Positions 9,807-18,597 of a DNA stretch of 64,000 bases are shown one piece after another. Made by a program: the position numbers and the translations under genes. Within the stretch, counting starts at the first letter, position 1. Each line of letters starts with the position of its first letter. The notes below the pieces were generated by a model. It was given only the letters and a program-made list of their open reading frames with translations, searched no databases and was not told the origin of the DNA. The stretch is from Candidatus Uhrbacteria bacterium (GTDB lineage Bacteria > Patescibacteriota > Patescibacteriia > GWA2-47-26). The DNA is taken from NCBI GenBank assembly GCA_016187515.1, contig JACPJN010000008.1, forward strand, positions 4,525-68,524, in the 5' to 3' direction.

Positions 9807-10455
9807 AAAATGTAAAATGCAAAATGTAAAATGTAAAATTTTAAATTTTAAATTTTTAATTTTACATTCCAATAGGGGTTTTACACTAATGGAAATGCTG
9901 GTTGCTCTGACGCTGTTTTCGGTAGTGGTAACCGTGACCACGGATTTATTTTTTACATTTCAGCGCACCAGCCGAAGGACGGAAAACTTGGAAAGCGTAG
10001 TGGCGAGCGGCCGCTTGATGATGGAGCAGATCGCCCGCGAGGCGCGGCAGGGGACGATTGATTACGATTGGTATGCGCGGCAGTCAATCGATCTTTCGGC
10101 GCGGGCGGCCCAGCCGGTTTTAGCGCTTCGTGATCGAGAGGGCGGTCAGGTTCAGTTTGAATTTGACGAAAACCTCGGGACGCTGATGATGAGCCGGCGG
10201 GGAGGAAATCCGGAATCCTTGAATTCTCCGGATACGGCGGTGCTGCGGAATGCATATTTCTCAATTACCCCGGCCAGTGACCCGTTTCAGTTTATTAGCG
10301 ACCAAGATGATCCGCGCGCGGGACAATTTGGCGCCGATATTCAGCCGCGCGTAACGATTCTTCTGGCGCTACGCACCGCGGCTTTGCGCGGTCAGCAAAA
10401 TTATCTCGAGTATGATCTGCAAACTACCATCTCCAGCCGCGTTTACCGAAGATAG
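9793..10455 (+). CDS. Minor pilin (PilW-like) with AT-rich hairpin leader
   Basis: RG|FTLMEMLVALTLF; C-terminal LQTTISSR. Confidence 0.85.
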   Translation: MTGVRKCKMQNVKCKILNFKFLILHSNRGFTLMEMLVALTLFSVVVTVTTDLFFTFQRTSRRTENLESVVASGRLMMEQIAREARQGTIDYDWYARQSIDLSARAAQPVLALRDREGGQVQFEFDENLGTLMMSRRGGNPESLNSPDTAVLRNAYFSITPASDPFQFISDQDDPRAGQFGADIQPRVTILLALRTAALRGQQNYLEYDLQTTISSRVYRR

Positions 10456-11215
10456 GCGCGGGCCCGCCCGCCTGAAATTTTTTCCGCGCAAAAATTTGGA
10501 CGGGTACGCCTTACTGCTTGCGCTTGTGATCGTGAGCGCGGTGCTTTCCGCCGCCTCCGCGCTGGCCAGAATTGTTTTGTCGGAAATTAGACAAACGCGC
10601 GAGCTGGTTGATTCAATTCAGGCCTACGGGCAGGCGGAAAGTTTAAGCGAGACCGCTCTTTTTCTGGTTCGAAACCGGGAGTCGCTTGACGACGCGCAGG
10701 GCGCGTTTCCTTCCGGAGTTACGGTTGAGGAGGCCGCGGAGGCCCAGTATTTTACGATTGAAGACAGCGATTTTGTTTCTTTGCCAATACCGTTAAGCCA
10801 GGGACGGGAGCAAGTCAATCCGCGAATTATCGAGTGGACTCCGCAGGCCCAGTGCGCGGACGTGAGTTGGATTGAAATCACGACGATTTCCTGGAATCAA
10901 GGACCGCCGGCCGATGAAGATCCTTTTCAGTTTCAGCACTATCAGTTCTCGCGAGGGAGCAACTTTAACGCCGTGTCCGGTTCGGATATTATTCAATTCC
11001 CGCCCGGAATTCCAACCGAAATGCGCGTCCGCGCGTTATTTTGCGGGATTGAGCGCCTGGGCATTTCCGGAATTCCCGGACGCCTGCGCGTCGCTTCCAG
11101 CGCGACCGAGAAGGGGGTGCGGCAGACGATTGAAACCTATATACCGCAGCGCGCGCCGGTGTCGGGCTTGTTTGATTTTGTGATATTTTCCGAGGAAGAA
11201 ATCGTCAAAAATTAG
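10412..11215 (+). CDS. PilX-like minor pilin; start uncertain
   Basis: G-YALLLALVIVSAVL, SIQAYGQAESLSETAL; last gene of the pilin run. Confidence 0.7.
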   Translation: MICKLPSPAAFTEDRRGPARLKFFPRKNLDGYALLLALVIVSAVLSAASALARIVLSEIRQTRELVDSIQAYGQAESLSETALFLVRNRESLDDAQGAFPSGVTVEEAAEAQYFTIEDSDFVSLPIPLSQGREQVNPRIIEWTPQAQCADVSWIEITTISWNQGPPADEDPFQFQHYQFSRGSNFNAVSGSDIIQFPPGIPTEMRVRALFCGIERLGISGIPGRLRVASSATEKGVRQTIETYIPQRAPVSGLFDFVIFSEEEIVKN

Positions 11216-11229
11216 ACCGGGATTAAAAT

Positions 11230-13392
11230 ATGACTAAACAAGAGGCAAAGCAGAGGATTTCCAAATTGCGTCAAGCGATTGATCATCATCGCTATCTTTA
11301 TCATGTGCTGGATCGGCAAGAGATCTCGGAAGCCGCGCTTGACTCGCTTAAGCATGAATTATTTAAGTTGGAGCAGGAGTTTCCGGAATTTATCACTCCG
11401 GATTCGCCAACCCAGCGGGTCGGCGGGGCGCCTTTACCCGAGTTTAAGAAGGTGCCGCATAAGACCCCAATGCTTTCAATGGAAGATGTGTTTACCGCGG
11501 AGGAATTAAGCGAGTGGCTGGCGCGTATTAAGCGGTTATATCCGGCAGGCGCGTATGATTTTTACGCCGAGTTAAAGATGGACGGGCTTGCGGTCTCACT
11601 TATCTATAAACGCGGCGTCCTCGCCGTTGGCTCTACGCGTGGCGATGGGAGAGTGGGGGAGGATGTCACCCAGAATTTAAAGACGATCGAAGCGATCCCG
11701 CTCCGATTACGTATCCCGACGGAGAAGGAGATCAGAGAAATTTTTGCGGATCATAACCCCTCCCAACCTCCCCTTACCTTAAGGGGAGGAGATCGATCAA
11801 TACCCCCTCTTAAGATAAGAGGGGGGAGGGGGAGTTATGAGGCCGCAGGAAAGGCAGTGTATAACAACATCAGGAATGCGCTTGAACATGGCGAGATTGA
11901 AGTGCGCGGCGAGGTGTTCATGCTGAAGAAAACATTTGACGCACTCAATCGCGCACAAAATAAAAAAGGAGAAGAGCCGTTTGCCAATCCGCGCAATGCC
12001 TCCGCCGGTGCGATACGCCAGCTTGATCCGGCGATCAGTGCGTCGCGAAAACTTTCTTTTTTTGGTTATGCGCTTCTTTGCGATCTTGGTTTGACCATGC
12101 ATGCGCAGGAACATGAACTCATGAAATTGCTCGGTGTGCCGATTAATCCTTTGAGCGAGCATTGTGCGACCGTTAATGAAGTTGCTGCATATCAGAAACA
12201 TATTCAGAAAATGCGCGAAAAACTGCCATATTGGACCGATGGGATTGTGGCAGTCGTAAATGATGATCGCACTTTTGAACGGTTAGGCGTGGTCGGCAAA
12301 ACCCCGCGCGGAATCGTGGCATATAAATTCCCGGCGGAGCAGTCAACCACACACGTGGCCGAGGTGCGCTGGCAGGTGGGACGCACTGGAGTGCTCACCC
12401 CCGTGGCGGTGATGGATCCGGTATTTGTGGCCGGTACGACGGTGAGGCACGCGACCCTCCATAATATGGACGAGATTGAGCGGTTGGGGCTCAAGATGGG
12501 GGATACGGTTATTTTGGAAAAAGCCGGAGATATTATTCCGAAGATCATCAAGGTGCTTCCCAAATTGCGGACGGGAAAAGAAAAAGCGATCCAGGCGCCC
12601 ACGCACTGTCCGGTCTGCGCCGCGCGCGTGGAACGTCCCGAGGGAGAGGTGGCCATTCAATGCACGAACAAAAATTGTCCGGCCAAGCACCATGAGCGGC
12701 TGATTCATTTCGTGTCTAGAAAGGCGTTTGACATCGATGGACTGGGAGAAAAGATTGTGAAGCAGCTTATGGATGTTGGTCTTATCTCCACCCCGGCGGA
12801 TATTTTTAAACTGGAAAAAAGCGATCTGGTGGATCTCGAGCGATTCGCCGACAAGTCGGCAGAAAATTTGATTGCCGCCATTGCTAAAGCCCGCGAGATC
12901 AGTTTACCGCGCTTTATTTTTGCCCTCGGAATCAAACATGTTGGTGAAGAGACCGCGGTGGATTTGGCGAAAAGGTTTGGTACGCTAAAGAAGATTCGCG
13001 AGGCCACGTTTGAAGAATTGAATTCGGTTCCGAACATCGGAGAAGTCGTGGCGCAGTCATTACACGAATACTTTTCCGACAAGCACAGCCAAAAGCTGAT
13101 TGACGACTTACTCGCGTCCGGCATCAAAGTTCAAAGCTCTAAGCTCTCTGCCATAAGCCCTAAGCTTCACGGCCTGACGTTCGTTTTGACCGGCGGCCTG
13201 GAATCCATGACCCGCGATGAAGCCAAAGAAAAAATCCGCGATTTAGGCGGCGATATTTCCAGTTCTGTCTCGAAGAATACCGACTATGTTGTGGTTGGCA
13301 GCGAGCCAGGGGATAAACTGGCGCGAGCTAAAAAATTAAATGTAAAAATACTTAACGAGAAGCAATTTCTGGAAATGCTAACGGAAAAGTAA
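11230..13392 (+). CDS. ligA: NAD-dependent DNA ligase
   Basis: ELKMDG adenylation motif, STRGDG, EVRGE, NPRNA, AYKFP, Zn finger, HhH, BRCT. Confidence 0.97.
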   Translation: MTKQEAKQRISKLRQAIDHHRYLYHVLDRQEISEAALDSLKHELFKLEQEFPEFITPDSPTQRVGGAPLPEFKKVPHKTPMLSMEDVFTAEELSEWLARIKRLYPAGAYDFYAELKMDGLAVSLIYKRGVLAVGSTRGDGRVGEDVTQNLKTIEAIPLRLRIPTEKEIREIFADHNPSQPPLTLRGGDRSIPPLKIRGGRGSYEAAGKAVYNNIRNALEHGEIEVRGEVFMLKKTFDALNRAQNKKGEEPFANPRNASAGAIRQLDPAISASRKLSFFGYALLCDLGLTMHAQEHELMKLLGVPINPLSEHCATVNEVAAYQKHIQKMREKLPYWTDGIVAVVNDDRTFERLGVVGKTPRGIVAYKFPAEQSTTHVAEVRWQVGRTGVLTPVAVMDPVFVAGTTVRHATLHNMDEIERLGLKMGDTVILEKAGDIIPKIIKVLPKLRTGKEKAIQAPTHCPVCAARVERPEGEVAIQCTNKNCPAKHHERLIHFVSRKAFDIDGLGEKIVKQLMDVGLISTPADIFKLEKSDLVDLERFADKSAENLIAAIAKAREISLPRFIFALGIKHVGEETAVDLAKRFGTLKKIREATFEELNSVPNIGEVVAQSLHEYFSDKHSQKLIDDLLASGIKVQSSKLSAISPKLHGLTFVLTGGLESMTRDEAKEKIRDLGGDISSSVSKNTDYVVVGSEPGDKLARAKKLNVKILNEKQFLEMLTEK
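11751..11840. repeat. 90-bp Y-shaped palindromic element (TCATAAC...GTTATGA) in frame in ligA
   Basis: Outer inverted ends plus two inner hairpins CCTCCCCTTA-cct-TAAGGGGAGG and CCCCCTCTTA-aga-TAAGAGGGGG; encodes HNPSQPPLTLRGGDRSIPPLKIRGGRGSYE. Confidence 0.95.
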
Positions 13393-13515
13393 CAAGGGTA
13401 GAAAATAATTAAAATCACTCAAAACGTCAAAATACTCAAAAGAATCCATAGCCCATAGCCGTAAAATACTCACGATCGTGAATAAAATTCTACTACGTCT
13501 GCCGTATTCATTATT

Positions 13516-14133
13516 ATGCCGCAAAAAAGTAAAAAGAGGAGTCCATCACGCACTCAGCGCATTTTAGCTAAAATTGATCCGGTGCTTACTCCCGCGCGAG
13601 AGGCATTGTATGAACTAAATCTATTTCTCGGAGCCGCTTCCGGATGGCATCCGATGAGTATTAGTGAATACGAAGACCGCCTTGCAGGGCAGCAGTGGCG
13701 TGAAAAGAAGGAGCGAATTCAATATCTCAAAGAACGGAAATGGATTGAAACGAAAAAGATAGGAAAAAAACTGATGGTGCGGCTTACCGAAAAGGGATGG
13801 CAACAGGTGTTGCGCGACCACATACGATGCACAAAAGTTATGTGCAAGGATGGGGTATGCATTCTCGTGATTTTTGATGTTCCGGAATCGCAACGGCATG
13901 TGCGCGATACATTGCGTTGGATTTTGTCGGAGTGTGGTTTTACTATGCTCCAGAAAAGCGTGTGGTACACCAATAAAGACGTACTTGAACCCCTCTGCGC
14001 GCTTCTTCAAGGAGCAAAACTCAATAAGTGGGTACGTATCATTGTAGGTAATGAGTTTCGGCAGTCGATGATAAAAAATGCAGTAGTTCGTCTGCACGCT
14101 AGGCAAAAGTCCGCAAAAAGCTCACGATCGTGA
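13516..14133 (+). CDS. PaaX-like protein (wHTH plus Cas2-like ferredoxin-fold domain)
   Basis: RLTEKG wing; LVIFDVPE...RDTLR...L..CGFTMLQKSVW motif. Confidence 0.8.
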   Translation: MPQKSKKRSPSRTQRILAKIDPVLTPAREALYELNLFLGAASGWHPMSISEYEDRLAGQQWREKKERIQYLKERKWIETKKIGKKLMVRLTEKGWQQVLRDHIRCTKVMCKDGVCILVIFDVPESQRHVRDTLRWILSECGFTMLQKSVWYTNKDVLEPLCALLQGAKLNKWVRIIVGNEFRQSMIKNAVVRLHARQKSAKSSRS

Positions 14134-14144
14134 GCTTTTTGCGG
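14111..14144. repeat. 34-bp perfect palindrome containing the stop codon of the PaaX-like gene
   Basis: CCGCAAAAAGCTCACGATCGTGAGCTTTTTGCGG; identical copy at 58403-58436. Confidence 0.95.
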
Positions 14145-14249
14145 CAATGGACGGGGTAGTGTGTTTATTGGTGTGGTAGTGTTGCTGATATTTTTACTGG
14201 TAGTGTTGCTCGGTAGAGGTAGCAGAATCACTACTGCGCATTTGTCGCG

Positions 14250-14279
14250 GTATATTATTTACGATCGTAAATAATATAC
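14250..14279. repeat. 30-bp perfect palindrome with ACGATCGT core
   Basis: GTATATTATTTACGATCGTAAATAATATAC. Confidence 0.9.
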
Positions 14280-14344
14280 GGAAGGCGGAAGGATGACATG
14301 GCAAGCCAGTAGAGTCAATTATGGCAAATTGTGGAGAAAGTGGA

Positions 14345-14372
14345 GAAAAAGAAAACCGAGCGAGGGCTCGGT
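14345..14372 (-). terminator. Intrinsic terminator for the minus-strand lipoprotein gene
   Basis: Minus strand AACCGAGC-cctc-GCTCGGTT followed by TTCTTTTTC. Confidence 0.7.
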
Positions 14373-14436
14373 TGGCGGCGTGCGCGGTGCACGTTCGCCC
14401 TAGTGATACAGTCGTGGGTGGCCTGCCTGCTGTTGA

Positions 14437-15510
14437 TCAGGAAACTGGCGGACAGGTACCTCTGTGCATGCCTCCCTCGTCCGGTTCGGGGAGCGGCCAA
14501 GCATCCTCCGGCTCGTAGATCTTGCCGAGCGGAGACAGCTCCATGCGGATAATCCCTTGTGCATCCGTTGGCGCTGGCTTGGCGTTGGGCCAGTGGATCT
14601 GGCCGCAGCAGGGGGAATTGACAAGCATGTCACGGTAGAGCGGTACGGCTTGCCGGATGAGCGGCGATGGGTCGCTCCGTTCGAGATCCGCAAGTACCGG
14701 GCTCCAGATCCTCGCTCCTTCTGCGCGATCATCTTGATGCATCCCTGCGATGGCGTTAAGCCAGCCATGCAGCAGAGCGAGACGAACTTCCTCCGGCAGT
14801 CGGGTATCCCGGAAGCGCTGCACTCTTACGATGCTCGTGAGAGCGCCACGGCGCGTGAAATACACCGCGATCCGCATTGCGGCACGCGCGAGGTCTCCAT
14901 CGCAGTGCTGGATGTCGTCCGTCACGGTCTGCTCGAACCACGGTTCGGCCGCGAGCGCCCGGCTGCGCGAATTCTCAATAAGCGTGTCAGAGGGCGTCTT
15001 ACCAAGCTGGTCCGCAAGACCCCTGTACGCGTGGTAGCGTAGGTGGGCTTTGGTTTCCTTGGGATTAGGATGGCCATGAAGGTATTCACGCAGGAACGCG
15101 TAGAACTGATCGAACTCCGCCGGAGTACGCTTCGAAGGCGCGATCGCCCGATCGATGCGGATCTTGCCGTCCTCGTTACGTGCTGGCAAGAGACACAGCA
15201 GCGTATCCGGTGCGCTCGGGTCCGGAAACATGTCCGTGTAGTAGTCGAAGACCATGTATTCTCCGCACTGCCGCGGCTTGAAGGTAGCATCCACCTCCGA
15301 CTCGCCCTTGGGTGCGCAGGCGCTGCCGTTTTGGTTCGTGCGCATGTGGTAGCCCGTAGGGCAGGCGATCTGTTGAGATGCAACTGACGGTGCACGATCC
15401 GCGGGCTGCTTTTGTACCACACGGGACGTGAGCCAGTGCTCCTGCTTTTTCGAGGTCGCGCATCCGGCGAGCGCCAGAGCGCAGATCATGAGAACGTGCA
15501 AAGAGCGCAT
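14437..15510 (-). CDS. Hypothetical lipoprotein
   Basis: AAGGAGG RBS before ATG 15510; lipobox LALAG|C; GC-rich. Confidence 0.7.
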   Translation of the reverse strand: MRSLHVLMICALALAGCATSKKQEHWLTSRVVQKQPADRAPSVASQQIACPTGYHMRTNQNGSACAPKGESEVDATFKPRQCGEYMVFDYYTDMFPDPSAPDTLLCLLPARNEDGKIRIDRAIAPSKRTPAEFDQFYAFLREYLHGHPNPKETKAHLRYHAYRGLADQLGKTPSDTLIENSRSRALAAEPWFEQTVTDDIQHCDGDLARAAMRIAVYFTRRGALTSIVRVQRFRDTRLPEEVRLALLHGWLNAIAGMHQDDRAEGARIWSPVLADLERSDPSPLIRQAVPLYRDMLVNSPCCGQIHWPNAKPAPTDAQGIIRMELSPLGKIYEPEDAWPLPEPDEGGMHRGTCPPVS

Positions 15511-15673
15511 CGGGAATTCCTCCTTGTTTATGCTCTCCATGGGGCTTAGGTAGCACTGGTGACTGGCTAAAAGAGCGTTGCCCCATCACTATTTTTAACC
15601 TATCACTGATTACAGTGAAAGTCAAGAGGTCGGCTATTGCATTGCGTTATAAAGTAGAGTACACTGTTTAACT

Positions 15674-15967
15674 ATGGCACTCACTAAAGCAGAAGTCCTG
15701 CATATTGCAAAATTGGCGCGGTTGGAGTTGAAGGAAGAAGAGGTGGAGAAATTTCGGACGCAGTTGTCCGAGATTTTGGAGTATGTGGGGCAGTTGCAAA
15801 AGGTGGACACGGCCGGGATTGAGCCGATTTCCCAAATTACGGGTTTGCAAAATGTAGTGCGGGAAGATTTGGTGCGCGGATGTGAACCGGACGTGCGGGA
15901 CGCTATGCTTGAGCAGTTTCCGAAAAGGAGAGGAGATTTGCTCGAGACACTAGGCGTGTTTGAGTAA
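15674..15967 (+). CDS. gatC: Asp/Glu-tRNA amidotransferase subunit C
   Basis: HIAKLARL, ILEYVGQLQKVDT, NVVRED. Confidence 0.93.
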   Translation: MALTKAEVLHIAKLARLELKEEEVEKFRTQLSEILEYVGQLQKVDTAGIEPISQITGLQNVVREDLVRGCEPDVRDAMLEQFPKRRGDLLETLGVFE

Positions 15968-16085
15968 TTTCTAATTGTTCTAATTATTCTAATTGATCTA
16001 AACAATGACTAATGTCCAATGACCAAAATTGGGATTTGGGGCTTGGGATTTGTTTAGAATAATTAGGTCAATTAGGTGAATTAGA
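15966..16085. repeat. AT-rich imperfect hairpin, copy 1 (gatC-gatA)
   Basis: CTAATT-unit arm, loop, AATTAG-unit arm; near-identical arms at 17547-17658. Confidence 0.85.
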
Positions 16086-16092
16086 TCAATTT

Positions 16093-17556
16093 ATGCCAAA
16101 GCTCAACGAACTCACCATCACCGCCGCCCACGAGGGTTTAAAGCAAAAAGAATTTTCGTCCGAGGAATTGACGCGGGCGTGTCTTAGTCGTATTGCCGAG
16201 GTGGATGGCAAGATCGGCGCGTTTTTGACGGTGCTTGATAAAGAGGCGATCGCGCAGGCCAAAGCCGTGGATAAAAACATCAAGGCCGGTTTGATTCCGG
16301 GTCCGCTGGAGGGGATTCCGGTAGCGCTCAAAGATAATATGTTGGTGCAAGGAGTGAAATGCACGGCGTCTTCGCGTATTTTGGAAAACTACGTTGCGGC
16401 GTATGACGCAACAGTGGTTACAAAGCTCAAACGCGCCGGCGCGGTGATTTTAGGTAAGACCAACAATGATGAATTCGCCATGGGATCTTCCGGCGAAAAC
16501 TCGGCATTCAAGGTTACAAAAAATCCTCATGACCCGGAGCGCGTGCCGGGCGGATCCTCGGCTGGATCGGCGGCCGCAGTGGCGGCCCACGAAACAATCT
16601 ACGCGCTGGGATCTGATACGGGCGGCTCCATTCGTCAGCCGGCTGCGTTATGCGGCGTGGTGGGACTGAAGCCCACTTACGGTTCAGTGTCTCGGTATGG
16701 GTTAATTGCTATGTCATCCGGCTTAGATATCATTGGGCCGTTGACCAAAACCGTGGAAGATGCTCGGATTGTGTTTGATGCGATAAGAGGGAAAGACCCG
16801 ATGGATGCGACGACGGTGGAATTGAGAGAATCAGGAATCATGAATTATGAATCAGGGGTTGGGTTGAAAGACGTACGTATCGGTGTACCGAAGGAGTATT
16901 TTATTGATGGGATGGATAAGGAGACTGAAGCGCGGGTACGCGAGGGCATTGCACAGCTTAAAAAACTCGGCGCTCAAATTGTCGAAATTTCTTTACCATA
17001 TTCTCCGTATGCGCTGGCGGTCTATTATATTTTGATGCCGGCGGAGGTGTCGGCGAATTTGGCAAGGTATGATGGAATACGATATGGATATAGTGAATTA
17101 GTTCACAGTCCACAGTCGTCAGTTCACAGTTTGTTGGAGTTGTACGAGAAATCGCGTTCCGAAGGTTTTGGCGACGAGCCAAAGCGGCGGATTATGATCG
17201 GAACGTATGTGCTTTCGGCCGGATACGCCGATGCTTATTATAAAAAGGCACAAGCCGTTCGCACCCTCGTAAAGCGCGATTTTGATGAGGCCTTTTTGAA
17301 AGTGGATTGTATTGCCACTCCAACTACACCAACTCCGGCTTGGCTTATTGGCGAGAAGATGGATGATCCGCTGTCCATGTATCTTGCCGATATTTATACT
17401 GTGTCCGCAAATATCGCGGGGATTCCGGGAATTTCAGTACCTTGCGGCAAGGCGCAGGGGCTGCCGGTGGGGTTGCAAATTCTGGCGCCGCAGTTGCGAG
17501 AGGATGTGGTGTTTAGGGTGGCAGGAGCGTATGAGCAGAGTCGTACAAATTTCTAA
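16093..17556 (+). CDS. gatA: Asp/Glu-tRNA amidotransferase subunit A
   Basis: Amidase signature PGGSSAGSAA, GSDTGGSIRQPA, NLARYDG, KRRIMIG. Confidence 0.97.
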   Translation: MPKLNELTITAAHEGLKQKEFSSEELTRACLSRIAEVDGKIGAFLTVLDKEAIAQAKAVDKNIKAGLIPGPLEGIPVALKDNMLVQGVKCTASSRILENYVAAYDATVVTKLKRAGAVILGKTNNDEFAMGSSGENSAFKVTKNPHDPERVPGGSSAGSAAAVAAHETIYALGSDTGGSIRQPAALCGVVGLKPTYGSVSRYGLIAMSSGLDIIGPLTKTVEDARIVFDAIRGKDPMDATTVELRESGIMNYESGVGLKDVRIGVPKEYFIDGMDKETEARVREGIAQLKKLGAQIVEISLPYSPYALAVYYILMPAEVSANLARYDGIRYGYSELVHSPQSSVHSLLELYEKSRSEGFGDEPKRRIMIGTYVLSAGYADAYYKKAQAVRTLVKRDFDEAFLKVDCIATPTTPTPAWLIGEKMDDPLSMYLADIYTVSANIAGIPGISVPCGKAQGLPVGLQILAPQLREDVVFRVAGAYEQSRTNF

Positions 17557-17658
17557 TTGCTCTAATTATTCTAATTGACCTAAACAATACACAATATCCA
17601 ATGTTCAATCTTGGGATTTGTTTAGAATAATTAGGTCAATTAGGTGAATTAGAAATTT
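17547..17658. repeat. AT-rich imperfect hairpin, copy 2 (gatA-lgt); contains gatA stop
   Basis: AAATTTCTAATT...AATTAGAAATTT terminal inverted repeat. Confidence 0.85.
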
Positions 17659-17661
17659 ACC

Positions 17662-18429
17662 ATGCTTCCTTATTTTAATACCTCGACTTTTTCGCTCGGT
17701 CCTCTCACCATCCACACCTGGGGTTTTGTGGTGTCTTTGGGATTTTTGGTAGCCATATTGGTGGCCTATCGCCGGGCAAAGCACACTGGACTCAATGCCA
17801 ATCGGGTGCTGGATCTTGCCTTTTGGATAATAGCGCTTGCATTTATCGGCGCGCGGATTTTCCATGTATTTTTTTACGAGTGGGGGTATTTTCAGGATCA
17901 TCTTTTTGAAATCGTTAGGATTGATCAGGGCGGACTATCGTCGTTTGGGGGGTTTATTGGCGCGACAGTAGCATTTATTATATTTACGCGGAAATATCAC
18001 CTGGATCGCTGGAGATACGCCGACCTGCTTATGTTCGCCTGGCCATTGGGCCATGCGCTTGGCCGCATCGGATGTTTTTTAACGCACATGCATCCCGGGC
18101 GATTGAGCAGCGTCTGGTGGGCAGTGCAATATCCGGGCGGCGCGCGGTTGGATATGGGAATGGCCGAGAGTGTCGTGTTATTAAGTTATTGGGTTATTAT
18201 GTTATTAGTTTCACGCAAACACAAACGGTTTGATGGGTTTTATCTTATATCCGGCATGATTTTTTATGGCGCCACGCGTTTCATCTTGGATTTTTTCCGC
18301 GCGACAGATCTGCCGATGTCGGACGCGCGCTATTTGGGATTGACGCCGGCGCAGTATGGCAGTATTGCCCTCGTGATTATCGCGCTGACGATTTGGAAAA
18401 AACGCGCGCAGTGGGTAAAGTCGGCGTAG
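17662..18429 (+). CDS. lgt: Prolipoprotein diacylglyceryl transferase
   Basis: IGARIFHV, GGLSSFGG, LGRIGCF, RFILDFFR; multi-TM. Confidence 0.9.
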   Translation: MLPYFNTSTFSLGPLTIHTWGFVVSLGFLVAILVAYRRAKHTGLNANRVLDLAFWIIALAFIGARIFHVFFYEWGYFQDHLFEIVRIDQGGLSSFGGFIGATVAFIIFTRKYHLDRWRYADLLMFAWPLGHALGRIGCFLTHMHPGRLSSVWWAVQYPGGARLDMGMAESVVLLSYWVIMLLVSRKHKRFDGFYLISGMIFYGATRFILDFFRATDLPMSDARYLGLTPAQYGSIALVIIALTIWKKRAQWVKSA

Positions 18430-18450
18430 CGTGATATACTGAAAATGTTT

Positions 18451-18562
18451 AAGAATTAACACCTGCGCAGGTTCACACGAATATCCACGAATAGACGGCC
18501 GCCGGAAGCGACGGTTTCCTGCGCTGCTCTGGCCAGGCGGCCTTACAAATGAACACGAATAA
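18451..18562. repeat. ~110-bp dispersed element upstream of zwf; inverted copy at 60081-60191
   Basis: AAGAATTAAC.CCTGCGCAG..ACACGAATATCCACGAATAGACGGCCGCC...CCAGGCGGCCT shared with reverse complement of 60081-60191. Confidence 0.85.
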
Positions 18563-18597
18563 TCAATTGTTTAACGGTCTCATACTAATACCTGAAT

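Noticed and set aside
11751-11840. Inteins or group I/II introns as explanation for the in-gene inserts
   Set aside because: Only 25-43 codons, with no C/S...HN-C/S/T splice junction layout and no ribozyme core.
13516-14133. cas2 / CRISPR locus
   Set aside because: Cas2-like motif is within a PaaX-type protein; no cas1 or repeat-spacer array in the window.
14134-14274. TGA read-through adding a TM tail to the PaaX-like protein (recoded genome)
   Set aside because: The frame stays open to 14274 and is hydrophobic, but TGA ends many conserved genes here at normal lengths; at most a separate GTG-started peptide, unsupported.
14464-15625. Alternative overlapping ORFs around the lipoprotein
   Set aside because: GC-rich shadow frames; only 15510-14437 has an RBS, lipobox and terminator.
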